Below are positions 1 to 9,881 of a stretch of DNA of 64,000 nt, in pieces (positions within the stretch are counted from its first letter, which is position 1; each line of letters opens with the position of its first letter). Under the pieces are notes generated by a model, which saw only the letters and a list, made by a program, of their open reading frames with translations, did not search any database and was not told the DNA's origin. The stretch is from positions 120,246 to 184,245 of the forward strand of contig JBBDYJ010000011.1 in the NCBI GenBank assembly GCA_040901675.1. The letters run 5' to 3'. This DNA comes from Pirellulales bacterium. Its GTDB lineage: Bacteria; Planctomycetota; Planctomycetia; Pirellulales; JAICIG01. The position numbers and the translations under genes are program-made.

Positions 1-892
1 CCCCTGGCTTGTGCGCCGCCTCCCGGCGCGTCTGCATGAAATCGCGCGCGTAACGCAGGCTGCCGTGCATCCCGGCCAGAAAGTCGGCGTCGAGCGACAG
101 AACGACCCGGGCGCGGTCGAAGTGATAGAGCATGTCGACGTCGGAATCGAATGCCAGCCGCGCGCCGGCCCGGATGTTGTCCGGGCCTAAAGGTTCGTAC
201 TGGTGCCACTCGGCGGCCGGAAATCGCCCCAGCAGCCTCTGGATCTGGTCGGCCAGCGTGGGCGACGTGACCGTCCCGGTCAGAAGGTGCAGCCCCTTCC
301 CCTGCCGGTTGACCAAGCCGGGCAGCTCCGCCGCCAGCGTGGTCAGAAACCGGTCCCAGGTATCGATCCGGCCGCGGAACATCACCGTCTGCGACCGGTC
401 CGGGTCGTACAACGACAGGATCGAAGCTTGTGCAAAGGCGTCGGTCGCCCCGCGGCTGGCCGGATGTTCGCCGTTGCCTTCGATCTTGGTGGGCCGGCCC
501 ATGTGGCTTTCGACCAGCACGCCCCTGGCATAGCCCCCCAGCGTCGTCGCCGTGGCAAAGAACAACGGTTTGCCCGGCACGGCCTGCTCCGGCGAACGGA
601 CATAAGGCACGATCGTTTCGGCCGGTTCGCGCACGCACCCCGTGGCGCCGGCGAGTGCCAACGAGGCGGCCATGAGCTTCAGAAAATTCCGCCTGCCCGA
701 GACATCGTGCCACTCGGAGGCGTGCCGGGGAAACTCGCGCTCGACAAAGCTGCGGAACTCCGGCGTCGCGGCAAGCTGCTCGAGGCTCCGCCAGTATGCC
801 CGGTTTCCTGGTGCCAGGCCGCCGGCCGCCTCGCCCGCTCGGGCGAGCGGCGCGGGTGCGCGTGGATCGCGGCGTGTCGGGTCGAGCGTCAT
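1..892 (-). CDS. actB: Alternative complex III subunit ActB (Tat-variant molybdopterin-oxidoreductase-like/Fe-S subunit), N-terminal part; gene runs off the left edge
   Basis: Not in ORF track; translated by hand from ATG at 892, which overlaps the actA stop (ATGA). Reads ...YWRSLEQLAATPEFRSFVEREFPRHASEWHDVSGRRNFLKLMAASLALAGATGC...PYVRSPEQAVPGKPLFFAT, the typical ActB N-terminus with a delayed twin-arginine signal. Confidence 0.9.
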   Translation of the reverse strand, partial: MTLDPTRRDPRAPAPLARAGEAAGGLAPGNRAYWRSLEQLAATPEFRSFVEREFPRHASEWHDVSGRRNFLKLMAASLALAGATGCVREPAETIVPYVRSPEQAVPGKPLFFATATTLGGYARGVLVESHMGRPTKIEGNGEHPASRGATDAFAQASILSLYDPDRSQTVMFRGRIDTWDRFLTTLAAELPGLVNRQGKGLHLLTGTVTSPTLADQIQRLLGRFPAAEWHQYEPLGPDNIRAGARLAFDSDVDMLYHFDRARVVLSLDADFLAGMHGSLRYARDFMQTRREAAHKPG

Positions 893-1533
893 CGGTGGCA
901 AATCCAGCAGTCGCTGAGTTGCTCTTTCTTGATGCCAAATTGGCGGACCAGATCGTCGCCGTCGGCGTGCGGCTGCCCGCCGAAATGATAGATCTGATCC
1001 AGTGGGCGGACAAAAGTCTGGGGCTGCCGGTGACAGTCGAGGCACCACTCCATGTGCAACGAGGCGGCCTTGCGCATCAGCGGCATCTGATCGACGCGGC
1101 CATGGCAGCTCTCGCAGCCGATTCCCTTGGCCACGTGAATCCCATGATTGAAGTAGACGAAGTCGGGCAAGTCGTGAACGCGGGTCCAGGCCAGCGGCCG
1201 GCCGGTGCGGAAGCTTTCGCGCACCGGCGCCAACAACGGGCTGTCGGCCCAGATCTGCGAGTGGCAGCCCATGCAGACTTCGCTGGCCGGCATGCCGGCG
1301 AAGGCGGACTTCTCCACCGACGTATGGCAGTAGCGGCAATCGATGCCCAGCCCGCGGACATGATGGTCGTGGCTGAAGGGCACGGGCTGGTCACGGACGA
1401 CGTCGACTCCGGTCGCGTAGGGCGAGCGGATGCCGACGCTCCACAGCCATGCCAGGGCGGCAAGAATGAACACCCCGCCGAAGATCGTCGCCTTCGAGAA
1501 GGTGTTGGTGCTGGGATGAAATAGCTGCGCCAT
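889..1533 (-). CDS. actA: Alternative complex III pentaheme cytochrome c subunit ActA
   Basis: N-terminal TM helix, QPVPFSHDHH, five CxxCH motifs (CRYCH, CMGCH, CESCH, CLDCH, CWICH); directly upstream of actB. Confidence 0.93.
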   Translation of the reverse strand: MAQLFHPSTNTFSKATIFGGVFILAALAWLWSVGIRSPYATGVDVVRDQPVPFSHDHHVRGLGIDCRYCHTSVEKSAFAGMPASEVCMGCHSQIWADSPLLAPVRESFRTGRPLAWTRVHDLPDFVYFNHGIHVAKGIGCESCHGRVDQMPLMRKAASLHMEWCLDCHRQPQTFVRPLDQIYHFGGQPHADGDDLVRQFGIKKEQLSDCWICHR

Positions 1534-1686
1534 GGAGACCTTGCCTTGCCGACGGGCTTCGGGAAGCCATCGACAAAAAAAGCCTCGCTACCCCGAAGAG
1601 CGGCAGAGGCCGTCGTTGCCGGCTGTCATTCTACCCATCGCGGGCAGGTCGTGTGCGGCCATGATAGGGCAGGCGCCGCTTGGCTG

Positions 1687-3867
1687 TCAATCAATCTCGC
1701 TCAGTGGATCCACGCGCCGCTTGGCAGCATACAAGTCGCTTACGGGGCGCTGTTTGCCGAGCGAGTCCAGCCGAGCAAGACCCACCAACTCGCGCAGCAC
1801 GCGCTCGCCTTTCAGCTTCTCCGGATCGGCGCCCAGTCGATGGGCTTCCTTCAGGTAGTTGAACGCAACCTCGGCGAGCTCATCCCGGTTGCCCGCGGAC
1901 TTCGACGAGATCAGCGCCGCATCGAACAGCAGCTCACCGGTCACCGGCCCGACGGCCAGCGCCAGCATGATATCGGCCTGGGCCCTGGGCTTCACCAGGC
2001 GGTCCTCCCGGAGGGAGAGCCGGAATTCGACCATGGCGCGGTTGTGCAGCGCCGCTTGCAAGGAGGGATCGAGTTGCAAAGCCACGTCGAGCCAGTGCCC
2101 CGCCTTGGCCAATTCCGCTTTTCTCATCAAGGCCACGGCGAAATTGTTGAGCAGCGGTGCGGTGGCGAAGCCCTTTTCAATAGCCTCTGAATAGCTGGCA
2201 ATCGCCAAAACGTCGTCCGACTCGGCGCGGCACTCGGCAATGCAGGCGAAAACCAGAGGGTTGGGACGGATCCGGCGGGCCTCATTGTAGTCTTTCAAAG
2301 CCTCTCCGTGGTCGCCCATCCCGTGCCACGCGCGGCCGCGGCCGAACCAACCCTCGTACGAATTCGGGTCATGATCAACCGCCTCCCTGAAGTAATCCTT
2401 CGCCTCGGCCAGCTTGCCCGACGCCAGCGCCTGCTGACCCCGCTGGAGCAGCCGCTCTTCGATGGGCGGAAGACTGGCCAGGCCCACTGCGCCGGCCGCG
2501 CCCATCGCCAGCACGCCCGCGACGAGGGCGCTCGACAGCCGGCGATGGGTCCGGGCCCAGCGGTACGAGCGGCGCCGCCGGCTCAGCGATTGCCGCAGGG
2601 CCGCCGCCAGTTGCTCGCCCGACTGCGGACGCTTCTGGGCATCGAACGCCAGGCAACCGGCGATCAGCCGGGCCAGCGGCGGATCGACGTCCGGATTCGA
2701 CACCTCAGCCGGGCCGGCCTCCTGCCGGTTCAGCAGATCGGCGGCCAGCTCCTTGATGGGCACCTCGGCGTCCACCTCGCCAAACGGAAAGCTGCCGCAC
2801 AACATCTCGTATAACACCACTCCCAGCGAGAATAAGTCGTCGCGAGGGTCGGCCTCCGTGACGCCCTTGAGCGGACGGCCAAGCATCTGGGCCAACGGTC
2901 CGGGCGCCATGTACGGCACCGTCCCGCCCATCCGCCGCTCGAGCAACTGTTCGTCCGGCGAAAGATTGAAGTCCAGCAGCATCGGTTTGCCGTCGGGACT
3001 CATCAGCACGTTCGACGGCTTCAGATCGCCGTGGCAAACCCCGCGCGCATGCGTGTAGTTCAAAGCCTCGGCCAATTGCGCTGCGAGATGGATCACCGCG
3101 TCGACATACCCTCGGCGATCGATCAGCGGGTCGCTCGGCAAGGGATCCACCGGCTGGCAGGCCTCGTTGAAGGCCGCGATCGCCTGCATGATGGCGCGCC
3201 CCTTCTGGGGGCGGCCGGTTGGGCCAAAGACGCGGCTCAAGACGTCGGCGAGCGTGACCTGCCCAAGAAAAGGCATGCAAATCGCCGACAAGTCACTCGA
3301 ATAGTCGTGCCGGACGGAGTAGACCGGAACAACATTCGGATGCCGCAGCTTGCCGAGAGTTTCGGCTTCGTCCGCGGCTTCTCGGGAGAACTTCACTGCT
3401 ACCGGGCGGTTGCCCAAGGCTGGCTCGACCGCCAGGTAGACACGGGCAAACGTGCCCCGGCCCAACTCCTCCAGCAGGTGGAAGCCCAACAGGGTCTCGC
3501 CCACCTCCGGCCACTTGACGACTTCGTCTCCTTCGGCTCCCGGCACAAAATCGGGGTTCGTCAGCACGAGCCCGTTAACGGACAAAAGCTTGCGGAGGGC
3601 GTTCTCGTGTACGCCGAATTGGCGGGAGAACTCGGCGCGGTCGACCGGGGCACCGGCTTCGATCCGCTGGCTGTACTCCTCGAAAGCTACGTCAAGGATG
3701 ACGCTGCGGCAGTGACCCACCTCCGGATGCTGCTTTAGCAACTCGTCGGCCGTGACTTGCTCGCCGCGCGCCCAGCCGTCCCGCATCCGCTGGATCAACT
3801 TTTCCTTCAGGCTCCGTCGACATGGGGCGACTACAGTCTGGGTCGCCCCGCCTGAATGGCCGCTCAT
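1687..3867 (-). CDS. Hanks-type Ser/Thr protein kinase with TM helix and C-terminal TPR repeats
   Basis: LGRGTFARVY, VAVK, HGDLKPSN, LLDFNL, DLFSLGVVLYEML; hydrophobic segment then TPR-like helices; start overlaps the upstream sigma stop. Confidence 0.92.
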   Translation of the reverse strand: MSGHSGGATQTVVAPCRRSLKEKLIQRMRDGWARGEQVTADELLKQHPEVGHCRSVILDVAFEEYSQRIEAGAPVDRAEFSRQFGVHENALRKLLSVNGLVLTNPDFVPGAEGDEVVKWPEVGETLLGFHLLEELGRGTFARVYLAVEPALGNRPVAVKFSREAADEAETLGKLRHPNVVPVYSVRHDYSSDLSAICMPFLGQVTLADVLSRVFGPTGRPQKGRAIMQAIAAFNEACQPVDPLPSDPLIDRRGYVDAVIHLAAQLAEALNYTHARGVCHGDLKPSNVLMSPDGKPMLLDFNLSPDEQLLERRMGGTVPYMAPGPLAQMLGRPLKGVTEADPRDDLFSLGVVLYEMLCGSFPFGEVDAEVPIKELAADLLNRQEAGPAEVSNPDVDPPLARLIAGCLAFDAQKRPQSGEQLAAALRQSLSRRRRSYRWARTHRRLSSALVAGVLAMGAAGAVGLASLPPIEERLLQRGQQALASGKLAEAKDYFREAVDHDPNSYEGWFGRGRAWHGMGDHGEALKDYNEARRIRPNPLVFACIAECRAESDDVLAIASYSEAIEKGFATAPLLNNFAVALMRKAELAKAGHWLDVALQLDPSLQAALHNRAMVEFRLSLREDRLVKPRAQADIMLALAVGPVTGELLFDAALISSKSAGNRDELAEVAFNYLKEAHRLGADPEKLKGERVLRELVGLARLDSLGKQRPVSDLYAAKRRVDPLSEID

Positions 3868-4451
3868 GAGTCGTCCTCGGGAAATCGGTGAATCACCCTC
3901 TGGACTGTCCGAATATGTAGACCCGTTCGCGCCGCGATTTCCGCCTGCGTCATTCCTGACCGCCGCAGCCGGAAAATCTCCTGGTAGTGCAGTGGCAGCT
4001 TAGCCATCGCGCGGGCCAGAGCTTCGTTGGTGGCCGCCACCTGGCTCGGCGTGGGCTGGCGGGCAGCCAGTTGGATCGCGTCGTACTCGGCCGATCCATC
4101 CAGCGAGCGCTCGCGGTTGACGTTGCATTTTTGAGTCTGGAACAAGCGGCGGAACTCCTCGATCACCTTGTTCCTGCCCGCACCGAGCACGTAACGGGCC
4201 AGCGACTCCGGCCCGTGCACCCGCTCGAAAAACGCCGGGTCGGAAAAAAATGAAGTCCACACCGCCTGCGTGAAGTCGGCCGAATCGAACTGGCGCCGCA
4301 TTTTCTTGTTGAGCATTCGTCGCACCGCACGCTCAACGTATTCTCCGTATTCTGCCACCAACTGGGTGGCCGCTTCTTGCGAGCCGTTGCGGATCCCCTC
4401 CATCAGCTCGGCAAACCTTTTGTCGTTATGCGCAGCCGGATCGTCACTCAT
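3864..4451 (-). CDS. ECF sigma factor, kinase-associated type
   Basis: Sigma2-like (RRQFDSADFTQAVW) and sigma4 HTH (MTQAEIAARTGLHIRTVQR); coupled to the kinase. ATG at 4451 preferred over the longest start at 4544. Confidence 0.88.
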   Translation of the reverse strand: MSDDPAAHNDKRFAELMEGIRNGSQEAATQLVAEYGEYVERAVRRMLNKKMRRQFDSADFTQAVWTSFFSDPAFFERVHGPESLARYVLGAGRNKVIEEFRRLFQTQKCNVNRERSLDGSAEYDAIQLAARQPTPSQVAATNEALARAMAKLPLHYQEIFRLRRSGMTQAEIAARTGLHIRTVQRVIHRFPEDDS

Positions 4452-4588
4452 AACCCAAAATGCTATCACGAGTTCAAGGGAAACCCAAGCGCTTTTCGCC
4501 CATTTCGCTTGAGACCCTCGCCCAACATCCTTATATTGATTCAAGTGAGGAATTTGCCACTGCCACTGCCGTTGGAGGAGCTCTTGCC

Positions 4589-5284
4589 GTGAATCGACTC
4601 CTCGCCACCGTTGCCGCTTGCCTCGCCGCCGCCAGCTTGGCTCCCTGGGCCCAAGCCGAAAATTTGCCCCAGCCCGATCCGGCCGCCCAACGGCAGCCCC
4701 CGGATCCCTCGAATTCGCCCCAACCCGCAGAGTCCGTCGAACCGAGGCCCGCCGCCGAAGCGGCCCGCGAGCTGCGCGCGGCGGTCCAAGACGCTCTGGC
4801 GGAATCCGCCTACCTCCGCAAGCCGAACTCCGGCGAAACCCGCCTCCGCGCCCAGGCCGAACTCCAGTCCCTCGCCCATCGCCTGCTCGATCTGCACGGC
4901 CGGCTGGAGCAATCCGCGGCGCTAGCCCCCAGCCAGCGAGCTCGGCTCAGCATCCACGTTCGCAACCGGCTCTTGGCCCTGGCCGACGTGCTGGCGCGGC
5001 GCGCCGCCGACCCGGCCGCCGCACCGATCGTGTCCTCGGCGCACGACGACGACGAGACCGGCCAACGGACGCCGCCGGGAGCCGCCGGCGGTGCTGCCCA
5101 GCCCGGCGACCTGGGGCTGGAACTGGTGGAATTGATCCAACGCACGGTCGCTCCACAAACGTGGGACGTCAACGGCGGCCAGGGAACCATTCGTTACTGG
5201 GCGCCGCTGCGCGTCCTGGTGGTCCGCCAGACCGGCGAGGTCCACGGGCAAATCGGCGGCGTCGTGCGCGGCCTGCGGCGCTAG
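4589..5284 (+). CDS. Secreted hypothetical protein with C-terminal planctomycete secretin-N/NolW-like motif
   Basis: GTG start after GGAGGAG; signal peptide ending AQA; C-terminal LVELIQRTVAPQTWDVNGGQGTI...LVVRQT.EVH.QI. Confidence 0.7.
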   Translation: MNRLLATVAACLAAASLAPWAQAENLPQPDPAAQRQPPDPSNSPQPAESVEPRPAAEAARELRAAVQDALAESAYLRKPNSGETRLRAQAELQSLAHRLLDLHGRLEQSAALAPSQRARLSIHVRNRLLALADVLARRAADPAAAPIVSSAHDDDETGQRTPPGAAGGAAQPGDLGLELVELIQRTVAPQTWDVNGGQGTIRYWAPLRVLVVRQTGEVHGQIGGVVRGLRR

Positions 5285-6657
5285 CGATCGCCCGTGTTGC
5301 GCCTCGGGCCGTCCTTGGTATAGAGACACGAAATCGCCAGACCCACGGCAAACAGGCCGATCGCCCACAGGGCCTCGATCGAGCGCTGGTCGTAGGCGTA
5401 CTTGCAGCTCGAGTAGAGCATGAACAGCGAGCTGGCGCAGAAAACCAAGGGAGTCAGCGGATAGCCGGGAACGCGAAAAAAGTCCCTTCGTGACGGTTCC
5501 CGCCGTCGCAGCACGAACAACGCCACGCCGACCAGCAGCAGGAACAGCCAGAACAGCGGCGAGCCGAAGACGACCATTTTCGCGAAGCCGCTCCGTGAGC
5601 TGTCCGTCGCTTGAGCAAACCCGATCACCACCGACAGCGTGATCAGCCCCTGCAGGACCAGCGAACGCAGCGGCGTGGAGAATCGCTTGCTCCAAACGCC
5701 CAGCGGGGCGAACAACATGTGGTCGGTCCCCAGCGCGTAGTAAATCCGCGCGCCGGTAAACACCATGCCGCTGATCGCACCCAACGCCGAGATGCACACC
5801 AGCACGCTCACGGCGCGGGCCCCCCAGTCGCCCAGACCCAGCTCGGCCACTTGGGCGGCCACCGCCCTGGCGTCCTGAGTGCCTCGAAAACCCAGCGCGT
5901 ATAGGAAGGCCCCGTTGATCAACAGGTAGATGGCCGTCACGGCGGCGGTCCCCAGCAGCAGGGCCCGCACGATGTTCTTTTCCGGCCGGCGGACCTCAGC
6001 GCCCACGTAGGCGATGTCGTTCCATCCGCCATAGGCATACAAGATCAGGATCATGGCGAATCCCCAGTTCGCCGGGGCAGCGGCAACCGGCTCGACGTTC
6101 AGCGGCGCCGGGGATGCGGCAAAAAACCCCACTATGACCACGATCAACAACCCCAGGACCTTCGTCGCGGTCAGCACGTTTTGCGTCCATTTGCCGGTGG
6201 TAACACCCACGATGTTGATCGCCGTCAGTGCGATGACCGAGCCCGCCGCATACACCACCTGTCCCCAACCGCTCGGATAAAGCCGGTCGGCGTAATCGGC
6301 AAACACGAACGCCATGGCCCCGATCGACCCGGGCCGCACCACCCACAACTCGGACCAGGCGAACAGGAATCCCATCCTTCGGCCGAAGGCCCGCGTGAGG
6401 AAGACGTAGTCACCCCCTTCGGCCGGATAGGCCGTGCCCAGTTCCGCATAACAAAGCGAACCGATCAGCGCGAACGCGCCTCCGGCCAGCCATACCCCCA
6501 GCAGTGCGGCCGGACCGGTCACCGACCTGGCGATCAGGGGAGAGGCCTCGTAGATGCCCACGCCGATGATGATCCCGACGATGATCGACGTGGAGTCGAG
6601 CAGCGTGAGCTCCCGCTTCGGGGCGCCGCGCGACTCAACTGGCGGGGGTGCAGGCAT
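5281..6657 (-). CDS. APC-family amino acid permease
   Basis: About 12 hydrophobic segments; IIGVGIY, YAELGTAYPAEGGDY and YAYGGW motifs. Confidence 0.93.
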   Translation of the reverse strand: MPAPPPVESRGAPKRELTLLDSTSIIVGIIIGVGIYEASPLIARSVTGPAALLGVWLAGGAFALIGSLCYAELGTAYPAEGGDYVFLTRAFGRRMGFLFAWSELWVVRPGSIGAMAFVFADYADRLYPSGWGQVVYAAGSVIALTAINIVGVTTGKWTQNVLTATKVLGLLIVVIVGFFAASPAPLNVEPVAAAPANWGFAMILILYAYGGWNDIAYVGAEVRRPEKNIVRALLLGTAAVTAIYLLINGAFLYALGFRGTQDARAVAAQVAELGLGDWGARAVSVLVCISALGAISGMVFTGARIYYALGTDHMLFAPLGVWSKRFSTPLRSLVLQGLITLSVVIGFAQATDSSRSGFAKMVVFGSPLFWLFLLLVGVALFVLRRREPSRRDFFRVPGYPLTPLVFCASSLFMLYSSCKYAYDQRSIEALWAIGLFAVGLAISCLYTKDGPRRNTGDR

Positions 6658-6718
6658 CTGCCTGCTTTAGTCGCTGGAAGCTGCGGCAGTCAATAGGGTT
6701 CTTCAACAGATTCAACGC

Positions 6719-6952
6719 TCAAGGGTTCTCGTCCTCGTTCTGGAGCTTTTCACCGGTCTTTTCTATGGCAGCACCGGTCTTGTCGACGGCCCGGTCGAAC
6801 GATTCTTCGATCTTGCCGGCGTCAATTTCGCCCCTGATGACGTCTCCCTCCCGCTCGACGGTCATCACGCCGGTAACCAGCAAGACGACGAACACGACCA
6901 GGCCCAGCAGGATCAGCCCCGCCAGGAACGAGAACACGGAACGGGCTCTCAT
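6719..6952 (-). CDS. Small membrane-anchored hypothetical protein
   Basis: 77 aa; N-terminal TM then KTGAAIEKTGEK amphipathic tail; 3 bp from the upstream stop. Confidence 0.7.
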   Translation of the reverse strand: MRARSVFSFLAGLILLGLVVFVVLLVTGVMTVEREGDVIRGEIDAGKIEESFDRAVDKTGAAIEKTGEKLQNEDENP

Positions 6953-6955
6953 GGA

Positions 6956-7213
6956 TTAACCCTCGATGCGTAGCTTTTCCGGAAGAATCGATCCCAGGAA
7001 GTAGTACCGGCAGCCGGAAGCCGTGCGCGCCCTGCGATAGACCGCGACGCTCGTCGTCGGCGACCTTCGCCCACGGGCCCTTCCCTCCATAATCCTGAAC
7101 ACGCCCCGGCTGATCGGAAAAGCGACCGTGGCCGGCAGGCCGCTGGAACTCAGCACCAAAGCTTGCTCGAACCCGTCAAACGGACCGCCAACGAAATGGA
7201 CCTCGGTCTGCAT
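6956..7213 (-). CDS. Hypothetical protein (GGPxDG motif)
   Basis: MQTEVHFVGGPFDG...; the longer ORF-track start runs through a REP palindrome, so it was trimmed. Confidence 0.6.
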   Translation of the reverse strand: MQTEVHFVGGPFDGFEQALVLSSSGLPATVAFPISRGVFRIMEGRARGRRSPTTSVAVYRRARTASGCRYYFLGSILPEKLRIEG

Positions 7214-7353
7214 GGCATCGCGGCCGCCGGCCGCCTCGTCTCGCCCACGGCGAGTCGAGTGTAGCAATTTGCGTGCCACAGCGAGCATGTTGGCCGGACT
7301 CCCCAGAGGTTCCGGGCTTGCCGGGCTCGCGGCGTGGCGCCGTCCGCCCTTCC

Positions 7354-7379
7354 GTAGCAGGCACACTCCGTGTGCCGTC
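7354..7379 (+). repeat. GTAG-type REP-like palindrome, copy 1
   Basis: GTAGCA-GGCACAC-TCC-GTGTGCC-GTC; exact reverse complement at 9882-9907. Confidence 0.85.
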
Positions 7380-7491
7380 CGCCTCTTAGGAAGCGTGCGC
7401 CCCTCCCGCCGCCGGCGAATCGCCGGGCCATGCATGGTGCGGCCGCTGCCAGCGTGCTAGCGCAATAACCAAGGCAAGCCAGGGCCGTCTT

Positions 7492-7914
7492 TTACTCCCC
7501 GATCACCTTGACCAGCACCCGCTTGGGCCGCCGACCGTCGAACTCGCCATAGAAGATCTGTTCCCAGGGGCCCAGGTCGAGCTTGCCCTTGGTAACGGCC
7601 ACGACCACTTCGCGGCCCATAATCTGCCGCTTGTGGTGTGCATCGGCATTGTCTTCGCCGGTGCGGTTGTGCTGGTATCGCTCGGGCGAGGGATCGAAGG
7701 GGGCCAGTTCTTCGAGCCAGCGCTTGTAGTCGGCGTGCAGCCCCGGCTCATCATCGTTGATGAACACGCTGGCCGTAATGTGCATCGCATTGCACAACAG
7801 CAGCCCTTCGCGGATGCCGCTGGCGCGGAGGATCTGTTCGACCTGCGGCGTGACGTTCACGAAGTCCATCCGCTGCGGGATGTTGAACGTCAGGTACTCG
7901 GTGTGCGATTTCAT
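7492..7914 (-). CDS. yjbQ: YjbQ/UPF0047 family (secondary thiamine-phosphate synthase-like)
   Basis: [42 protein letters not shown]; start MKSHTEY. Confidence 0.92.
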   Translation of the reverse strand: MKSHTEYLTFNIPQRMDFVNVTPQVEQILRASGIREGLLLCNAMHITASVFINDDEPGLHADYKRWLEELAPFDPSPERYQHNRTGEDNADAHHKRQIMGREVVVAVTKGKLDLGPWEQIFYGEFDGRRPKRVLVKVIGE

Positions 7915-7936
7915 GACGGCCACGCGCGTTCGTGCC

Positions 7937-8272
7937 TCACGGCAGAGCGTGTCTTGTCCAAAGAATGTCGCCATCGCCGCTCACCGACCAACAGTCGCAC
8001 TGCACAACTCGCAGTTCGTCCTTGTGGACTTCAAGCCGAAAAAAGAACTCGTACCGTACGTCCGGATCGGTGAAGTCAGGAACGCCCAAGCTGTAGACGG
8101 GCAGCTTCAATTCGTCGTCCAGAGTCGCGATCCTCCATCTCGCGGGAGCATCGCCTTCGGATTCCAGGTCATCGGCGGCTCGCGGATAGAAGTCCCGTAG
8201 GGTGTCTTGCGGAATGCCCCAGGACGCGAGTGCGTCTTGTATTCGCCTAGGAATCCTGAGCGTGAAACTCAC
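7937..8272 (-). CDS. Hypothetical protein, possible RelE/ParE-like toxin
   Basis: 111 aa, GTG start overlapping the upstream gene by 26 bp; beta-helix-helix-beta pattern ([15 protein letters not shown]...YEFFFRLEV...LRVV). Fold is inferred only. Confidence 0.55.
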   Translation of the reverse strand: MSFTLRIPRRIQDALASWGIPQDTLRDFYPRAADDLESEGDAPARWRIATLDDELKLPVYSLGVPDFTDPDVRYEFFFRLEVHKDELRVVQCDCWSVSGDGDILWTRHALP

Positions 8273-8813
8273 GCAAGATGTCCCTTACGTCGACGCCCTC
8301 GCCTCTTTTGAAGGCTGCTCTAGCGGCCTTGATTCGTTCATCGTCTCGGTAGGGCCACTGCTGGGCTAATCTACGGATTCGTTCCCAGCAATCCCTGAGA
8401 ACACGCAGGCGACAACGCAATCGCCAGGGACGATATGCGAGCCACGGCAAACAGTGTTGAGCTTCCTCCAGCGAGTCAAGAGACGAAACACCCGTCTCGG
8501 CAAGCTCCAAGAACGATCGGCCGACGTTGTCAAAGACATTGGAGTCGCAGAGCACAGGGGCATCAGTCAGAAGCCGTTTTGCTTCTCGCCATTCTAAATC
8601 GGTCCTCCGTAGGGCTTGCTCTAGAAGCTTGACGTGGCGAAGAACACGACGCGATGCGATGATGCGACTGAACCAGGAGTTGCATCGCGGTTCTCGACGC
8701 GAAAGTTCGTTTTTGACCACTTCCAGCTCGGATAGCTGGCGATCAAGAATCTCCGAGATCCCCCCATAACACTCCTCGCGTTCCCCGGCCTGCTTCTGAT
8801 TGTAGGCGTACAT
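8247..8813 (-). CDS. Hypothetical helical protein, possible antitoxin
   Basis: 188 aa, coiled-coil-like; C-terminus [24 protein letters not shown] resembles type II antitoxin tails; lower GC than neighbours. Confidence 0.55.
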   Translation of the reverse strand: MYAYNQKQAGEREECYGGISEILDRQLSELEVVKNELSRREPRCNSWFSRIIASRRVLRHVKLLEQALRRTDLEWREAKRLLTDAPVLCDSNVFDNVGRSFLELAETGVSSLDSLEEAQHCLPWLAYRPWRLRCRLRVLRDCWERIRRLAQQWPYRDDERIKAARAAFKRGEGVDVRDILREFHAQDS

Positions 8814-8849
8814 CTAGCAACCTGCAAGGGAGCCTGCCTGCCACTTTTG

Positions 8850-9692
8850 CTAGCGGCTGATAACTAGATTGGGCAGCGATTCTTGAAGCTCTTCGGCACC
8901 CAGGTCGGTGACGGCAGTGCCATCGAGGCGAAGCCGCCGCAGCTTTTTCAGCCCCTTCAAGTGCACGAGTCCCGCATCGCTGACCCCGGTGAAGGCTACG
9001 TCGAGACGCTCCAGATTGCCGAGCCCCGCCAGGTGGGCTAGCCCCGCGTCGGTGACCTGCGTGCGGTCCAACGACAGCGATTTGATGTTCGCAATGCGCA
9101 CCACGTGCGACAGCCCCACGTCATTGACTTTGCTTGAGTTCAGGTTCAGATTCTCGAGTTTCTCGAGCCGCGTCAAATGCGCCAGCCCCCGGCCGCTGAC
9201 GCTGGTGGAATAGAGCGTTAACCGTTCGAGATTGGTCAACCCTCTGAGATGCACCAGCCCGGCATCGCTCACCTGCGTTTGGATAAGCGACACATCCTTC
9301 AGATTCGTTAGCCCCTTGAGGTGTTCCAGGCCAGCATCCGTCACCCGCTGTCCATGGACACTCAACCGTTCCAGTCTTGTCCTGAAAACGTTCAACTGCG
9401 CCAGATCGGCGTCCACGGTCAGCGAAGGATCCTCGAAGTCGACCTGCACGACGTCTTGAAAGTAGTGTCCAACGCCCAGGAAAGACTGCAGGCCGAGCTC
9501 GTACTGCCCAAGGTGCATTGCACGCGCGCCTCGACTTGCAAGCACGGCCGTGGCCGCTCGTTGATCCCTCGTGCGCTGGAAGGTAATGCCGAGCCAGCCG
9601 AAGCCAGCGCCGATCGTCAGCATCAGCGCCAAGAGCGTCTTCATGCCGAACTGAAAACGGCGGTGCACCACCACGCCCCACAAGGTCCACAA
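8850..9692 (-). CDS. Leucine-rich repeat protein (planctomycete type), N-terminal membrane anchor
   Basis: RRFQFGMKTLLALML anchor; repeated TxVTDAGLxHLxGLxNLExL units. Confidence 0.9.
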   Translation of the reverse strand: MWTLWGVVVHRRFQFGMKTLLALMLTIGAGFGWLGITFQRTRDQRAATAVLASRGARAMHLGQYELGLQSFLGVGHYFQDVVQVDFEDPSLTVDADLAQLNVFRTRLERLSVHGQRVTDAGLEHLKGLTNLKDVSLIQTQVSDAGLVHLRGLTNLERLTLYSTSVSGRGLAHLTRLEKLENLNLNSSKVNDVGLSHVVRIANIKSLSLDRTQVTDAGLAHLAGLGNLERLDVAFTGVSDAGLVHLKGLKKLRRLRLDGTAVTDLGAEELQESLPNLVISR

Positions 9693-9881
9693 GGCGATGA
9701 TCGACGTGCAACCAAGGCCATCAGACCAGCAGCTTCTTCAAGCCGAAATATCGCTTCCATTGAGATGCCGGCAGCGAGTCGGTCGGCATGCTGTATCCTT
9801 TCGGCGCTCTTGGCGAAATGTCACTTCCAGCCTATCGACCGGCCTCTGGCAGAGCGATTGCCGCCGACACGCCGATCGGGC

